Positions 9,501 to 17,819 of a stretch of DNA of 64,000 bases are shown piece by piece. The notes under the pieces were generated by a model. The model did not search any database. It saw only the letters and a program-made list of their open reading frames with translations, and was not told where the DNA came from. The translations under genes were made by a program, and so were the position numbers. The first letter of the stretch is position 1; every line of letters starts with the position of its first letter. Source of the DNA: Endomicrobiia bacterium (GTDB lineage: Bacteria > Elusimicrobiota > Endomicrobiia > DTEH01); contig JBCNUU010000006.1 in assembly GCA_039630545.1 (NCBI GenBank), positions 39,949 to 103,948 on the forward strand. Direction: 5' to 3'.

Positions 9501-12263
9501 TGGTTGCGATGTAGAAGGATTTAGTGCAAAATCCCATTCATTTTTACTCCAGCAATGAACCTGCCAGTAGTAAGTTACAGAAGGGCAAAGCTTAGAAAGT
9601 GTAAACATAACTGTAGTAGAACTTATATCTGAATTTTCTAAATATACATTTATTTTCCAAAAAGGTAAAGTATACCAATGATCGGAATTCTGAATTAAGA
9701 CCGTAGAAATATTTAAAAAATAATGTTTTACAGAATCAAAAGGATCTGGATCTTTAGGTTTTGACCATTCAAAATATATTGGCCCTTCCAGAGATGCTGG
9801 ATTTACTATACCGGTAGGTGTAATTATGGTATAGTTAGAAGGTGGTTCTTTAATAAAATCTATACAAAAACTTAAAGGATTTTCATTTAAAGGTGGAGAA
9901 AATGTTTCTGTTGAACTCCATATCCAGTATAGATTTTGAGGAGCATCAATTGCTCTAATCCTGAAAAAATATGTGGTATTTTCTACAAGCTCAAGTACAT
10001 ATCCTTCTTGGGTACCTTCTTCTATGTTTTTTACTATAACTGTGGAAACAAAAAAATCCCATTTTTTAAACCAGTCATCATATTCAAATGGTGGAGCATT
10101 AAATGTCGGATTTGTAACATATCTCCAGGCATTTGGTTCTGTTTTTGGTTCACGCCAGCTTGAAATAAAAACTGCATATTCATATACTCCGTCTTCAGGA
10201 TCAGGATCCCATGTAGGCTGCCAACATAAAACTATAGGAGTTGATTTAGCAATAAATATCTTTTTACCATCAACAACTTTTTCCGTTACAGGATAATAGG
10301 TTGTATCATCCAGTATTACTTTATAGAAAGTTACATTTTTTATTAAAGAAATCATACCAGTAGGGAAAAACACATCAAAACTACAAACAGGTTCATCTAT
10401 TTGGTTTACCCAAAAACTTGCAACTGGAGTTTGAGTAGAAAGTTGACTAAATCCAAAAGGAGCTCCTGAATCATATGCTACAACATACCAGTATATTTTT
10501 TGGTTCTCATAAAAAAGCAATTCATTAGAAGAAGGTTGAGTATATGGTGTCATCAAAAAATATGAATTAGTAAGTAAACCTTCCTGTGGAATTGTAATGT
10601 AGCTTTCAAAATTTTCTGAAGTAGAAAGATAAATTTTATAACCAACAACATAATCAAAAGGATCTATCTCATATGCATCTTTAAAATCAAAAATTAAACT
10701 ACCATCTTTAGTATGCACTACAGTATTTGAAGGTGAAATTAAAGGATTTAAAGGAAACTTTGGAGCTGTATTTTGAAAGTTTACTGTAAACCTAAAAATA
10801 GCAGTGGTTGAAGAAGCATTTTCTGAATCATATACAGAAAGACTCCAGAAGTATGTGATATTGTCTTGTAAGTCCTTAACAACTATAGATGTAGCAGAAG
10901 TAGACACTTCAACCAAAATCGCTCCTAAAGTGTTACCAATGGTATAGCTTGAGATTTTTAATGTGTAGGTAGATATATAATCTCCGTAATCAGAATCGTA
11001 ACTGTTATCACTGAAAGAGAAACCAGCATGCCACACTGCATCAGACCAATCAAATTTTACTGTTGAGGAAGAAATAATGGTTGAAGTGGTATTTTTTACT
11101 GGATCATATACAAAGTGTTTGTGAGGATAAAAACATGAAGGAGAAGAATTAAAAGCTCTGCAAAAAGGAGATGAAGAAGAAATTAAAGACCAGTTTAATT
11201 TTTCATCTGCTATTTTTATAGAAAAATAATAAGGACTACTATTAACTAGATTATTTACTACTATATTTGTAGAAATATAAGGAGTAATGTTTACATTAGT
11301 TATAAAAAAAACTTCCGTAGCTTGGTTCCATAAAGTTTCATTATATATTTTTTGGGTGTGATATTTTATCTTATAACTTCCTGTATAGGTAGAAGAATTG
11401 TATAAGAAACCATCCTCATATGAGTCTTCATATGGAAAAACCCAACTAAGTTTTACATGTCTAAATCCAGCTGAAACAAAAATTGATGTAATACTTTTTG
11501 GAGGTGAAATATCAGGCTGAGCCCACATTGTTGTTTTGTTAGACATCTCAGAAAGATTACCTAGTTCATCTTCTGCCCAAATTCTTAAATAATAAGTTAT
11601 CCCACCAGATAATCCTGTAATCAAATATCCTGCAGACCATATATAAGATGGGTAAGAAAAAGTAGATATTACAATCTGGGCAGCAGAAGTACTCCAATTG
11701 TTAAAATACTCTATATCTGTATACTGAATATAATAATAACCAGAAAGAATACCGGTCATCGTATTGTTGATATAATCATCACTTCCTTGAAATTTTAATT
11801 CAACTTCTCCCTCATGAACTCCGGGATTTGCTTCTATAATCTCTACATAAGGCAACCATAGAGTCATCCAGCCGGTTGCAATATTTGATAAGGATAAATC
11901 ACCCTGAGATCCTGAAGAAATAAATACAACAAAATAAAATGTTGTAAACCTGCTTAAAGAATTCTCAAGCACAAAATTATCTAACCCTGTAAGCACAAAC
12001 AATTGTTGTTGAAGAGGATTGACGGGACCCGTGGATACTACTATGGAAGAAGAAGTTGACCAGTTAACTTCATAAAAACTACTGTATTTTATGTAGTATG
12101 CACTTCCTTCAGGTAACACATCCGGACCAGGATAAGTCCATATTAGCTTTACACTGCCTTCTTTTAGTTCATCAATTCCTGAAATCGAAAATAAATCGGA
12201 AACAGGATTAGGTTGAGCAAAAACTTTAAAAGTAAATAAACTTAAAAATAAAACAATATACAT
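6513..12263 (-). CDS. Large secreted FN3/Ig-like repeat protein with T9SS type-B/FlgD-like C-terminal domain
   Basis: Signal peptide; repeated L..P...F.W...D.D...Y...N.TYYW.V.AYD units; C-terminal IFTP...WDGKD..G..VPKGVYIYKI. Confidence 0.8.
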   Translation of the reverse strand: MYIVLFLSLFTFKVFAQPNPVSDLFSISGIDELKEGSVKLIWTYPGPDVLPEGSAYYIKYSSFYEVNWSTSSSIVVSTGPVNPLQQQLFVLTGLDNFVLENSLSRFTTFYFVVFISSGSQGDLSLSNIATGWMTLWLPYVEIIEANPGVHEGEVELKFQGSDDYINNTMTGILSGYYYIQYTDIEYFNNWSTSAAQIVISTFSYPSYIWSAGYLITGLSGGITYYLRIWAEDELGNLSEMSNKTTMWAQPDISPPKSITSIFVSAGFRHVKLSWVFPYEDSYEDGFLYNSSTYTGSYKIKYHTQKIYNETLWNQATEVFFITNVNITPYISTNIVVNNLVNSSPYYFSIKIADEKLNWSLISSSSPFCRAFNSSPSCFYPHKHFVYDPVKNTTSTIISSSTVKFDWSDAVWHAGFSFSDNSYDSDYGDYISTYTLKISSYTIGNTLGAILVEVSTSATSIVVKDLQDNITYFWSLSVYDSENASSTTAIFRFTVNFQNTAPKFPLNPLISPSNTVVHTKDGSLIFDFKDAYEIDPFDYVVGYKIYLSTSENFESYITIPQEGLLTNSYFLMTPYTQPSSNELLFYENQKIYWYVVAYDSGAPFGFSQLSTQTPVASFWVNQIDEPVCSFDVFFPTGMISLIKNVTFYKVILDDTTYYPVTEKVVDGKKIFIAKSTPIVLCWQPTWDPDPEDGVYEYAVFISSWREPKTEPNAWRYVTNPTFNAPPFEYDDWFKKWDFFVSTVIVKNIEEGTQEGYVLELVENTTYFFRIRAIDAPQNLYWIWSSTETFSPPLNENPLSFCIDFIKEPPSNYTIITPTGIVNPASLEGPIYFEWSKPKDPDPFDSVKHYFLNISTVLIQNSDHWYTLPFWKINVYLENSDISSTTVMFTLSKLCPSVTYYWQVHCWSKNEWDFALNPSTSQPYLVKPYGVALSTGRFIVSNQRPLKFNLLSPGVSISHPFASGIKTFRPTFYWEQVYDPDNYDSFVSSYVIIISSFANFSSYYTFYSSDTKFILNFDLHPRTTYYWYVKAYDKFGNFETPYSTFYFQTTNFDPNNFELVYPLNDEIVLSSFKFKFKNNGDLDRDILYYTLYISSFQNFSVYEKFSAGTNIGKQIGETIEAEIFFDFKENTQYFWQVVAYDNYGGISSSTIGSFWVNFYEENPKSFYLNITSGVIKERYINLSWQQSYDSDPKDYVEQYKVVISSAESYIVGDSTYIVILGSTTLSYNIDLSKLKENAAYYWWVEAYDTKSNYTKSISSYMFIVDLQDDPPDDIYLLSPGSSYTFTRATQPLNLIWAPANITEWWKQITYELYIGELGKPPNKVEFFLGPYENYKELQPISYSTSTLKENTTYFWYVVAKNQVSQKISTTNYLFIDSQNDPPEPFGIFSPSSTVFTRKPQFIWEIGFDKDDGINYYEIKLSTKQNFQLNITTSIVVSSSVTVYTINFKLLMNSTYYWKIRAYDKRGLWRDSSVLSFYVPYFRPQGVKILNPEGEILLRRPVFEWEPLPHPEPNTSIKKYRLKIFSNKNLYSPVIDVEVSSNSYQPQINLTQNMTYYYEVIAIDEEDIFSEPTKNTFFIGVINIPSRIEKINYDNPDYRFILSWEKVQTYTDGSLADDIKGYNIYRSQDYEGVLNPSSFYKFVSTPATTFTDYIYFNTYYYLIKVVTETGIESLPSDVVSSFNSGSRIIPFLDTMKIVIPKGVEEEISFYGYKLNITTVPVEENESINFSTFMKYKLELVRNNKPVSYKFKQPINLEIFLQKENEDYSSDNFVEEKNLVKVKPLVFFNNDIEYVLVPSFYDEQKSILRCTLRSTGEYVVRKVISTQEPVITNIYPKKIFTPTASQDNKIHFVIFNPTLFTPEGEVYDLNLRYIARLKLEGVELTWDGKDTNGNFVPKGVYIYKIKVGNKTFTGTIIVAK

Positions 12264-12294
12264 AAAAATATTTAGCTTCTAAATTTAAATCATC

Positions 12295-12789
12295 TTACTT
12301 ATTAAAATATACTAATTTTTTAAGGATTATTTCAACACAAATTTTAATTTCTTCTGCTGTATTAAGATAAATACTTTCCGGCTGACCAATTGGATCAAAA
12401 ATTTCTGGCTGTGAAAAAAATCCCGCAAATTCTTTTAAGAGATAAACTTTATCAAAAAATTTCTTAAAATTCAGATAGATGAAATCCATTTGGCTTTTTT
12501 CCATTACAAAAACTATATCGGAAATTTCCAATAAAGGAGAATTTATTTTTGTAGGTATATGTTTTGAAAGGTCTTTTTCTTTGATATTATAGATTTTAAA
12601 AAGTTTATTAATACTTTCTGGAATTTTAAAGTTTTGCTGTGCTATTACTCCGCAAGAGTAGACTTTAATATTATCTATATTATATTTAGCCAGAAGATGT
12701 AAAGTATATCCTTCAGCAAAAACACTTCTAAATACATTTCCATTACACACATAAAGTATTGTTTTTATTTCTTTCATAAGTTTATTCAA
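12295..12789 (-). CDS. Low-molecular-weight protein tyrosine/arginine phosphatase
   Basis: CX5RS loop VCNGNVFRS and DP motif (IFDPIG); start may be ATG at 12777. Confidence 0.88.
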   Translation of the reverse strand: MNKLMKEIKTILYVCNGNVFRSVFAEGYTLHLLAKYNIDNIKVYSCGVIAQQNFKIPESINKLFKIYNIKEKDLSKHIPTKINSPLLEISDIVFVMEKSQMDFIYLNFKKFFDKVYLLKEFAGFFSQPEIFDPIGQPESIYLNTAEEIKICVEIILKKLVYFNK

Positions 12790-13336
12790 TAAAAATTGGA
12801 TTTGTGGCTAACATATGCGGAAAATCAAACTCTACCCACAACCTACTTGTAGTAAGAAGGTTTTTCCGGATTTTTGTATGAAGACGCGATTTTTTTTTAG
12901 ATGTTGCAGCTTTTTAAACTTAAAAATCAAAAACTTTACCTTCAAATTTATATTTTGTCCCCAAAATACCTAATTTTTTAGAAATTTCTATATTCGATAT
13001 TTCTAATCTTTTTTTATCCCTCCATACATTATAAAAATTTCAGCTTTTTAAAGAATAAAATAAAGTATATATTTTTTCTTTTTTTATTGCAAAAAGTATA
13101 TTTTTTCTTTCATAAATAGATGTTACTTCTTTACCAATTCAGCATAACACCATACAGGTTTTTCCCTTACAGTATTCAACTAAAATTTTATCCCAGAATC
13201 CTTCTATGCTATCAACTTTTTTAACCTTCAGAAATATAACTGTAGCCATCATAATTATAACGATTAAACAAAGATGAAAAATATGGTTTATTAAGTTTAT
13301 TTTTTCTAATTCCTGTCCATCTATAACCACTTTCAT
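12782..13336 (-). pseudogene. Degraded gene remnant, possibly the C-terminal part of a PHP-like protein
   Basis: Coding-like fragments in shifting frames: WDKILVEYCKG / PVWCYAE / KNILFA / PSYY / LWVEFDFPHMLATNPIFIE*. Confidence 0.4.
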
Positions 13337-13339
13337 AAT

Positions 13340-14464
13340 TTATAAGATATCTATAACAACAACTTCAGATGAGGATAAAAACCTCATAGGAGGACCCCAA
13401 ACCCCTGCACCTGAAGTAACATATAGTGTTGATTTATTTTTTCTAAACAGACCATATAGGTATTTATAAAAAATTCGTGTAAAAATATGAAACGGGAAAA
13501 TCTGTCCATTATGGGTATGACCACTTAACATCATAATATCAAAATTTTTGGAAAGTTCATCAAAAAATAACGGCTGGTGTGAGACAACAATATTAAGTTT
13601 TCCTGTTTTGTAGTTATTATTAATTATACTTACAATTTCTTCTTTGTGTAAGTTTTCTGTCCTAATGTCACCTAAGCCTATAATGTTAACATTTTCAATC
13701 TCAAATGAAGTATTCTGTAACACTATAAAACCAAACTGTTCAAAAATTCTTTTTGATTTCTCAATCCCAAAATAATAATCATGATTGCCTAATACTGCTA
13801 TCTTTGTAGAATATATTTTTTTAATTGTTTCTTCTAATTTAACATCATATACAAAACCAGGATCAAACATATCACCACCAAAAATAAGTATTTGGGGATC
13901 TATATTTTTTATTTTATTAAATAACTCTATTGCTATTTTATTCTTGTATTTGAAATCAAGATGTAAATCAGAAAGGTAAACAATCCTGAAACTATTATTA
14001 CCATCTAAATCAACAACAATCTGTTTTATTTTTGACATTTTTATTCCACGATAAGTTGCCAGAGTTGAAGATATTAAACTTACCAATAAAACTCCTAAAC
14101 CAATATATTTATTGCTTCCTTTGAGGAATAAAAAAGAAATAAAATCACCAATCACACAATATGAAACAAAAATTATAACAATACCCATCCAATAAAAACC
14201 AAAGAAATAAATTGTTTTTAAAACTGCATCTGGTACTACAACAGCTCTCAAAATTAAACTTAAAAATGAAACCGAAAACATTAAAACAAATATAAACTTA
14301 ACTAAATTTTTATAATTGTTTAAAGCTAAATGCCTATTTAAAAAATTAACAATGTATAAATGTGACAAAAAATACCCAAAAATAAGCAAAAGAAATCCAA
14401 CAAGAATAATTACAACTTTTGCCATTATTTTTTTAATTTTTATTGAAATTTTAGTATATACCAC
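13340..14464 (-). CDS. Membrane-anchored metallophosphoesterase (YkuE/YaeI-like)
   Basis: N-terminal TM helices; DLH, GD, GNHD, SHQP, GHTHNGQ motifs; start probably ATG at 14425. Confidence 0.92.
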   Translation of the reverse strand: MVYTKISIKIKKIMAKVVIILVGFLLLIFGYFLSHLYIVNFLNRHLALNNYKNLVKFIFVLMFSVSFLSLILRAVVVPDAVLKTIYFFGFYWMGIVIIFVSYCVIGDFISFLFLKGSNKYIGLGVLLVSLISSTLATYRGIKMSKIKQIVVDLDGNNSFRIVYLSDLHLDFKYKNKIAIELFNKIKNIDPQILIFGGDMFDPGFVYDVKLEETIKKIYSTKIAVLGNHDYYFGIEKSKRIFEQFGFIVLQNTSFEIENVNIIGLGDIRTENLHKEEIVSIINNNYKTGKLNIVVSHQPLFFDELSKNFDIMMLSGHTHNGQIFPFHIFTRIFYKYLYGLFRKNKSTLYVTSGAGVWGPPMRFLSSSEVVVIDIL

Positions 14465-14598
14465 TTAAGATCTGATTTCAACATCATTCTAACAAGTTCT
14501 TCAAATTTTACTTTAGGATACCAACTTAATTTCTTTAGTGCTTTGCTTTAATCATCACACAATTCAAAAATTTCAAAAGCATCTGTAATTTTACGCAT
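14464..14598 (-). pseudogene. gmd: C-terminal remnant of GDP-mannose 4,6-dehydratase
   Basis: Translates D*SKALKKLSWYPKVKFEELVRMMLKSDL, matching the Gmd C-terminus, with an in-frame TAA at 14548-14550. Confidence 0.7.
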
Positions 14599-14983
14599 TA
14601 CAACATTTAAGAAATTTCTTTTTTAAAACTGACAATAAAGATATTGTACTGTCTTATTTTAGTATTTACTGCTAAAAACTCATCTTCAAATAAGAATAAA
14701 TAAACTTAGTACAACAAAAACAAACTCTACTTTGAATAGAGCTAACTGCACTATGATTTTATATAGTCCGGCAGAAATCTTTAACCAGTTTTAATTTTCT
14801 GGCTGTTTTTTCTGCTATGATTGTAGATTTAATAATTTTTACTTCCATGTTTATTGCATTAAACATATCCCAAATTAACATTTCTGTTTGTATACCGGTA
14901 TAATTAACGATGGGTTTATTTTATTACTGTCGTTGCTTGATAAATTGGAATCTATAAATTAGTGTATATTTTCATTATTTTTT

Positions 14984-16060
14984 CTATAAACCAGATTTCT
15001 GCAGTAATTTTTTAAGTTCTTCCGGATCAGAAGAAGCACTTATGGCTTCTTCCAGACTAATTAATCTTCTTTGATACAAATCTGCTAGTGCTTGATTCAT
15101 TGTTTGCATTCCAAATTTTGCACCAGTTTGAATTAAAGTAAATATTTGTTCTGGCTTTCCTTCACGAATTAAGTTCCTTACAGCAGGTGTAGCAACTAAC
15201 ACCTCACAAGCTAAAACTCTACCTTTGCCCGAAATATGCAAAAGAAGCTGCTGTGCCAAAACTGCTTGTAGTACAAAAGAAAGCTGAACTCTTACTTGCT
15301 GCTGTTGATGAGGTGGAAAAACATCCACTATTCTGTTGACAGTAGAAACAGCATCTGTAGTATGAAGAGTTGCAAAAACCAAATGCCCCGTCTCGGCTAT
15401 AGTAAGTGCCGCAGAAATTGTTTCTAGATCGCGCATTTCTCCTATCAAAATAATATCAGGATCTTCTCTTAACACATACTTTAATGCTGTAGCGAAACTT
15501 TCTGTATCTGAACCAACTTCTCTTTGGTTTATTATACAGTTTTTATGATGAAACAGATATTCTATAGGATCTTCTATTGTAATAATATGGGCATTTCTAT
15601 GTTCATTAATAAAATTTATCATAGAAGCTAATGTTGTTGTTTTCCCGGACCCCGTGGGACCTGTTACCAAAATTAAACCCCTTGGAAGATCTACAAGTTG
15701 AGAAACAATTTTTGGAAGTCTTAATTCTTCAAAAGTAGGAGGAGTCGAAGGAATAGCTCTCAAAGCTGCAGCAACTGCACCCTTTTGACGAAAAACATTC
15801 ATTCTTATTCTTCCTATATCTCTTACTCCAAAAGATACATCCAACTCATTAAGTGTTTCAAACCTTTCTTTCTGTTTATCTGTAAGAACAGAATAAATTA
15901 GTTTTTGACACATTTCTGGGGTAAGTTTACCAAAAGAGGTAGGTACTAACTTACCATCAACTCTTAACATAGGAGGTAATCCAGCAGTAATATGTAAATC
16001 TGAAGCTTTTTGTTCATGCATTAAATACAACAAATTTTCCATACTTAAAGACATCTCCAT
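14984..16060 (-). CDS. pilT: Type IV pilus retraction ATPase
   Basis: ASDLH, GPTGSGKTT, EDPIE, LREDPD, GEMRD, AVRNLIRE, GMQTM. Confidence 0.96.
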   Translation of the reverse strand: MEMSLSMENLLYLMHEQKASDLHITAGLPPMLRVDGKLVPTSFGKLTPEMCQKLIYSVLTDKQKERFETLNELDVSFGVRDIGRIRMNVFRQKGAVAAALRAIPSTPPTFEELRLPKIVSQLVDLPRGLILVTGPTGSGKTTTLASMINFINEHRNAHIITIEDPIEYLFHHKNCIINQREVGSDTESFATALKYVLREDPDIILIGEMRDLETISAALTIAETGHLVFATLHTTDAVSTVNRIVDVFPPHQQQQVRVQLSFVLQAVLAQQLLLHISGKGRVLACEVLVATPAVRNLIREGKPEQIFTLIQTGAKFGMQTMNQALADLYQRRLISLEEAISASSDPEELKKLLQKSGL

Positions 16061-16086
16061 ATATCAATCCTCCCTTTAAAAATAAT

Positions 16087-17802
16087 TTAAACACCTGTTT
16101 CTTCACTAACAGTAACTCTTAAAACTTCCTCTATAGTTGTGATTCCAGCAAGCATTTTTCTTATTGCAGATTTTCTTAAAGTAGACATTCCATTTCTTAT
16201 AGCTACTTTCTTTATTTCTATATCTGGTGTGTTTTTCAAAATCATTTCTCTTATTTCATCTGTTATCTCCATAATTTCATAAATACCTATCCTTCCTTTA
16301 TATCCATTATTACATTTTTTACACCCAGCACCTTTATATAGCACTACTTTTTTTTGTCTTTGAACCATATCATCAGTAACTCCTAAAGGATACAACTTCT
16401 CTACAGGAACCTCATATGGCTGTTTACATTCTGAACATATTTTCCTTACTAATCTTTGAGCTTCAACTAAAGTAAGTGTGGAAGAAATTAAAAATGGATC
16501 TATCCCCATATTTACAAGACGCGTTACAGCAGAAGGTGCATCGTTTGTATGAAGAGTAGAAAATACTAACTGACCTGTTAAAGCTGCCTGAATTGCTATT
16601 CTTGCTGTCTCTGTATCACGAATTTCACCTACTAAAATTATATCAGGTGCTTGTCTTAAAAAAGCTCTTAAACCAGAAGCAAATGTTAATCCAACTTCAG
16701 GATTCACATTTACCTGTGTTATTCCATCTAAAAGATATTCGACAGGATCCTCTATTGTTAATATATTGACTTCTGGACGATTTAAAGTTGAAAGAGCAGA
16801 ATATAAAGTAGTTGATTTTCCAGAACCGGTAGGTCCTGTAATCAAAATTAAACCAAAAGGCAACCTAATTGTCCTTAAAAAAATCTCTAGCTGTTCTGGT
16901 TCAAAACCCAATTTTTCAAGATCCAAACACAAGGCAGAAGAATCGAGGATTCTTAAAACTGCTTTTTCTCCATATACCACAGGAAGTATTGAAACGCGAA
17001 AATCTATCTCTCTTTCATCTATGCGCATTTTTATTCTACCATCTTGAGGTTTTCTTGTTTCTGTAACATCTAGCTTTGACATAATTTTTATTCTTGCTAT
17101 CAAGGCATTATAAACATGATGAGGAAAAAATGCTTCCTCTTTTGCTACTCCATCAATCCTGTAGCGCAAACGACATTTCTTTTCAAAGGGTTCAAGGTGT
17201 ATATCAGAAGCTCTTTTGCGAACTGCTGTAATAATAATATTATTTGCAAGCTTAACTATAGGTTCTTCTTCCGCAAGTTCCCTTACTTCAACTGTTTCTG
17301 GTATTGGCTCGACTTCTATTGAAGTTTCTAATTTCTCAAGTTCATTTATTTCTTTCTCTATGTGTGTTGTTTCTTCTTTTAAAAGATACTTTCTTATATT
17401 CTCCTTAATATCTTTGAGAGTGGCAACTACCGGCTTAACATTAAGTCCTGTAGAAAGTTTAATGTCATCTATTATAAACAAATTATAAGGATCAGGAAGA
17501 GCCACCGTTAAAGTATTCGTTTTTTTATCAAAACTTATAGGGAAAACATTATGTTTTTCTATAAACGTCCTAGGCAGTAAATTAATTACAGATTCGTCTA
17601 TTTCAAGTTCTGAAATATAAACAAAATCCAAATTTTGTTGTCTTGCTAAAAAAGACAAAAGAACATCTTCAGTGATATATCCTAAATTTATCAAAGTCTG
17701 CCCTAATTTTTCACCAGTTTGTTTTTGTAAAGTCAAAGCTTCTTCAAGTTGCTTTTGTGTTATAATATTTGCTGAAATTAAAATTTCACCTAATTTTTGC
17801 AT
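16087..17802 (-). CDS. pilB: Type IV pilus assembly ATPase PilB/GspE (paralog 2)
   Basis: MshEN-like N-terminus, ASDIH, GPTGSGKS, EDPVE, GEIRD, two CxxC pairs. Confidence 0.93.
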   Translation of the reverse strand: MQKLGEILISANIITQKQLEEALTLQKQTGEKLGQTLINLGYITEDVLLSFLARQQNLDFVYISELEIDESVINLLPRTFIEKHNVFPISFDKKTNTLTVALPDPYNLFIIDDIKLSTGLNVKPVVATLKDIKENIRKYLLKEETTHIEKEINELEKLETSIEVEPIPETVEVRELAEEEPIVKLANNIIITAVRKRASDIHLEPFEKKCRLRYRIDGVAKEEAFFPHHVYNALIARIKIMSKLDVTETRKPQDGRIKMRIDEREIDFRVSILPVVYGEKAVLRILDSSALCLDLEKLGFEPEQLEIFLRTIRLPFGLILITGPTGSGKSTTLYSALSTLNRPEVNILTIEDPVEYLLDGITQVNVNPEVGLTFASGLRAFLRQAPDIILVGEIRDTETARIAIQAALTGQLVFSTLHTNDAPSAVTRLVNMGIDPFLISSTLTLVEAQRLVRKICSECKQPYEVPVEKLYPLGVTDDMVQRQKKVVLYKGAGCKKCNNGYKGRIGIYEIMEITDEIREMILKNTPDIEIKKVAIRNGMSTLRKSAIRKMLAGITTIEEVLRVTVSEETGV

Positions 17803-17819
17803 ATAAGTTTAAATAAAAG

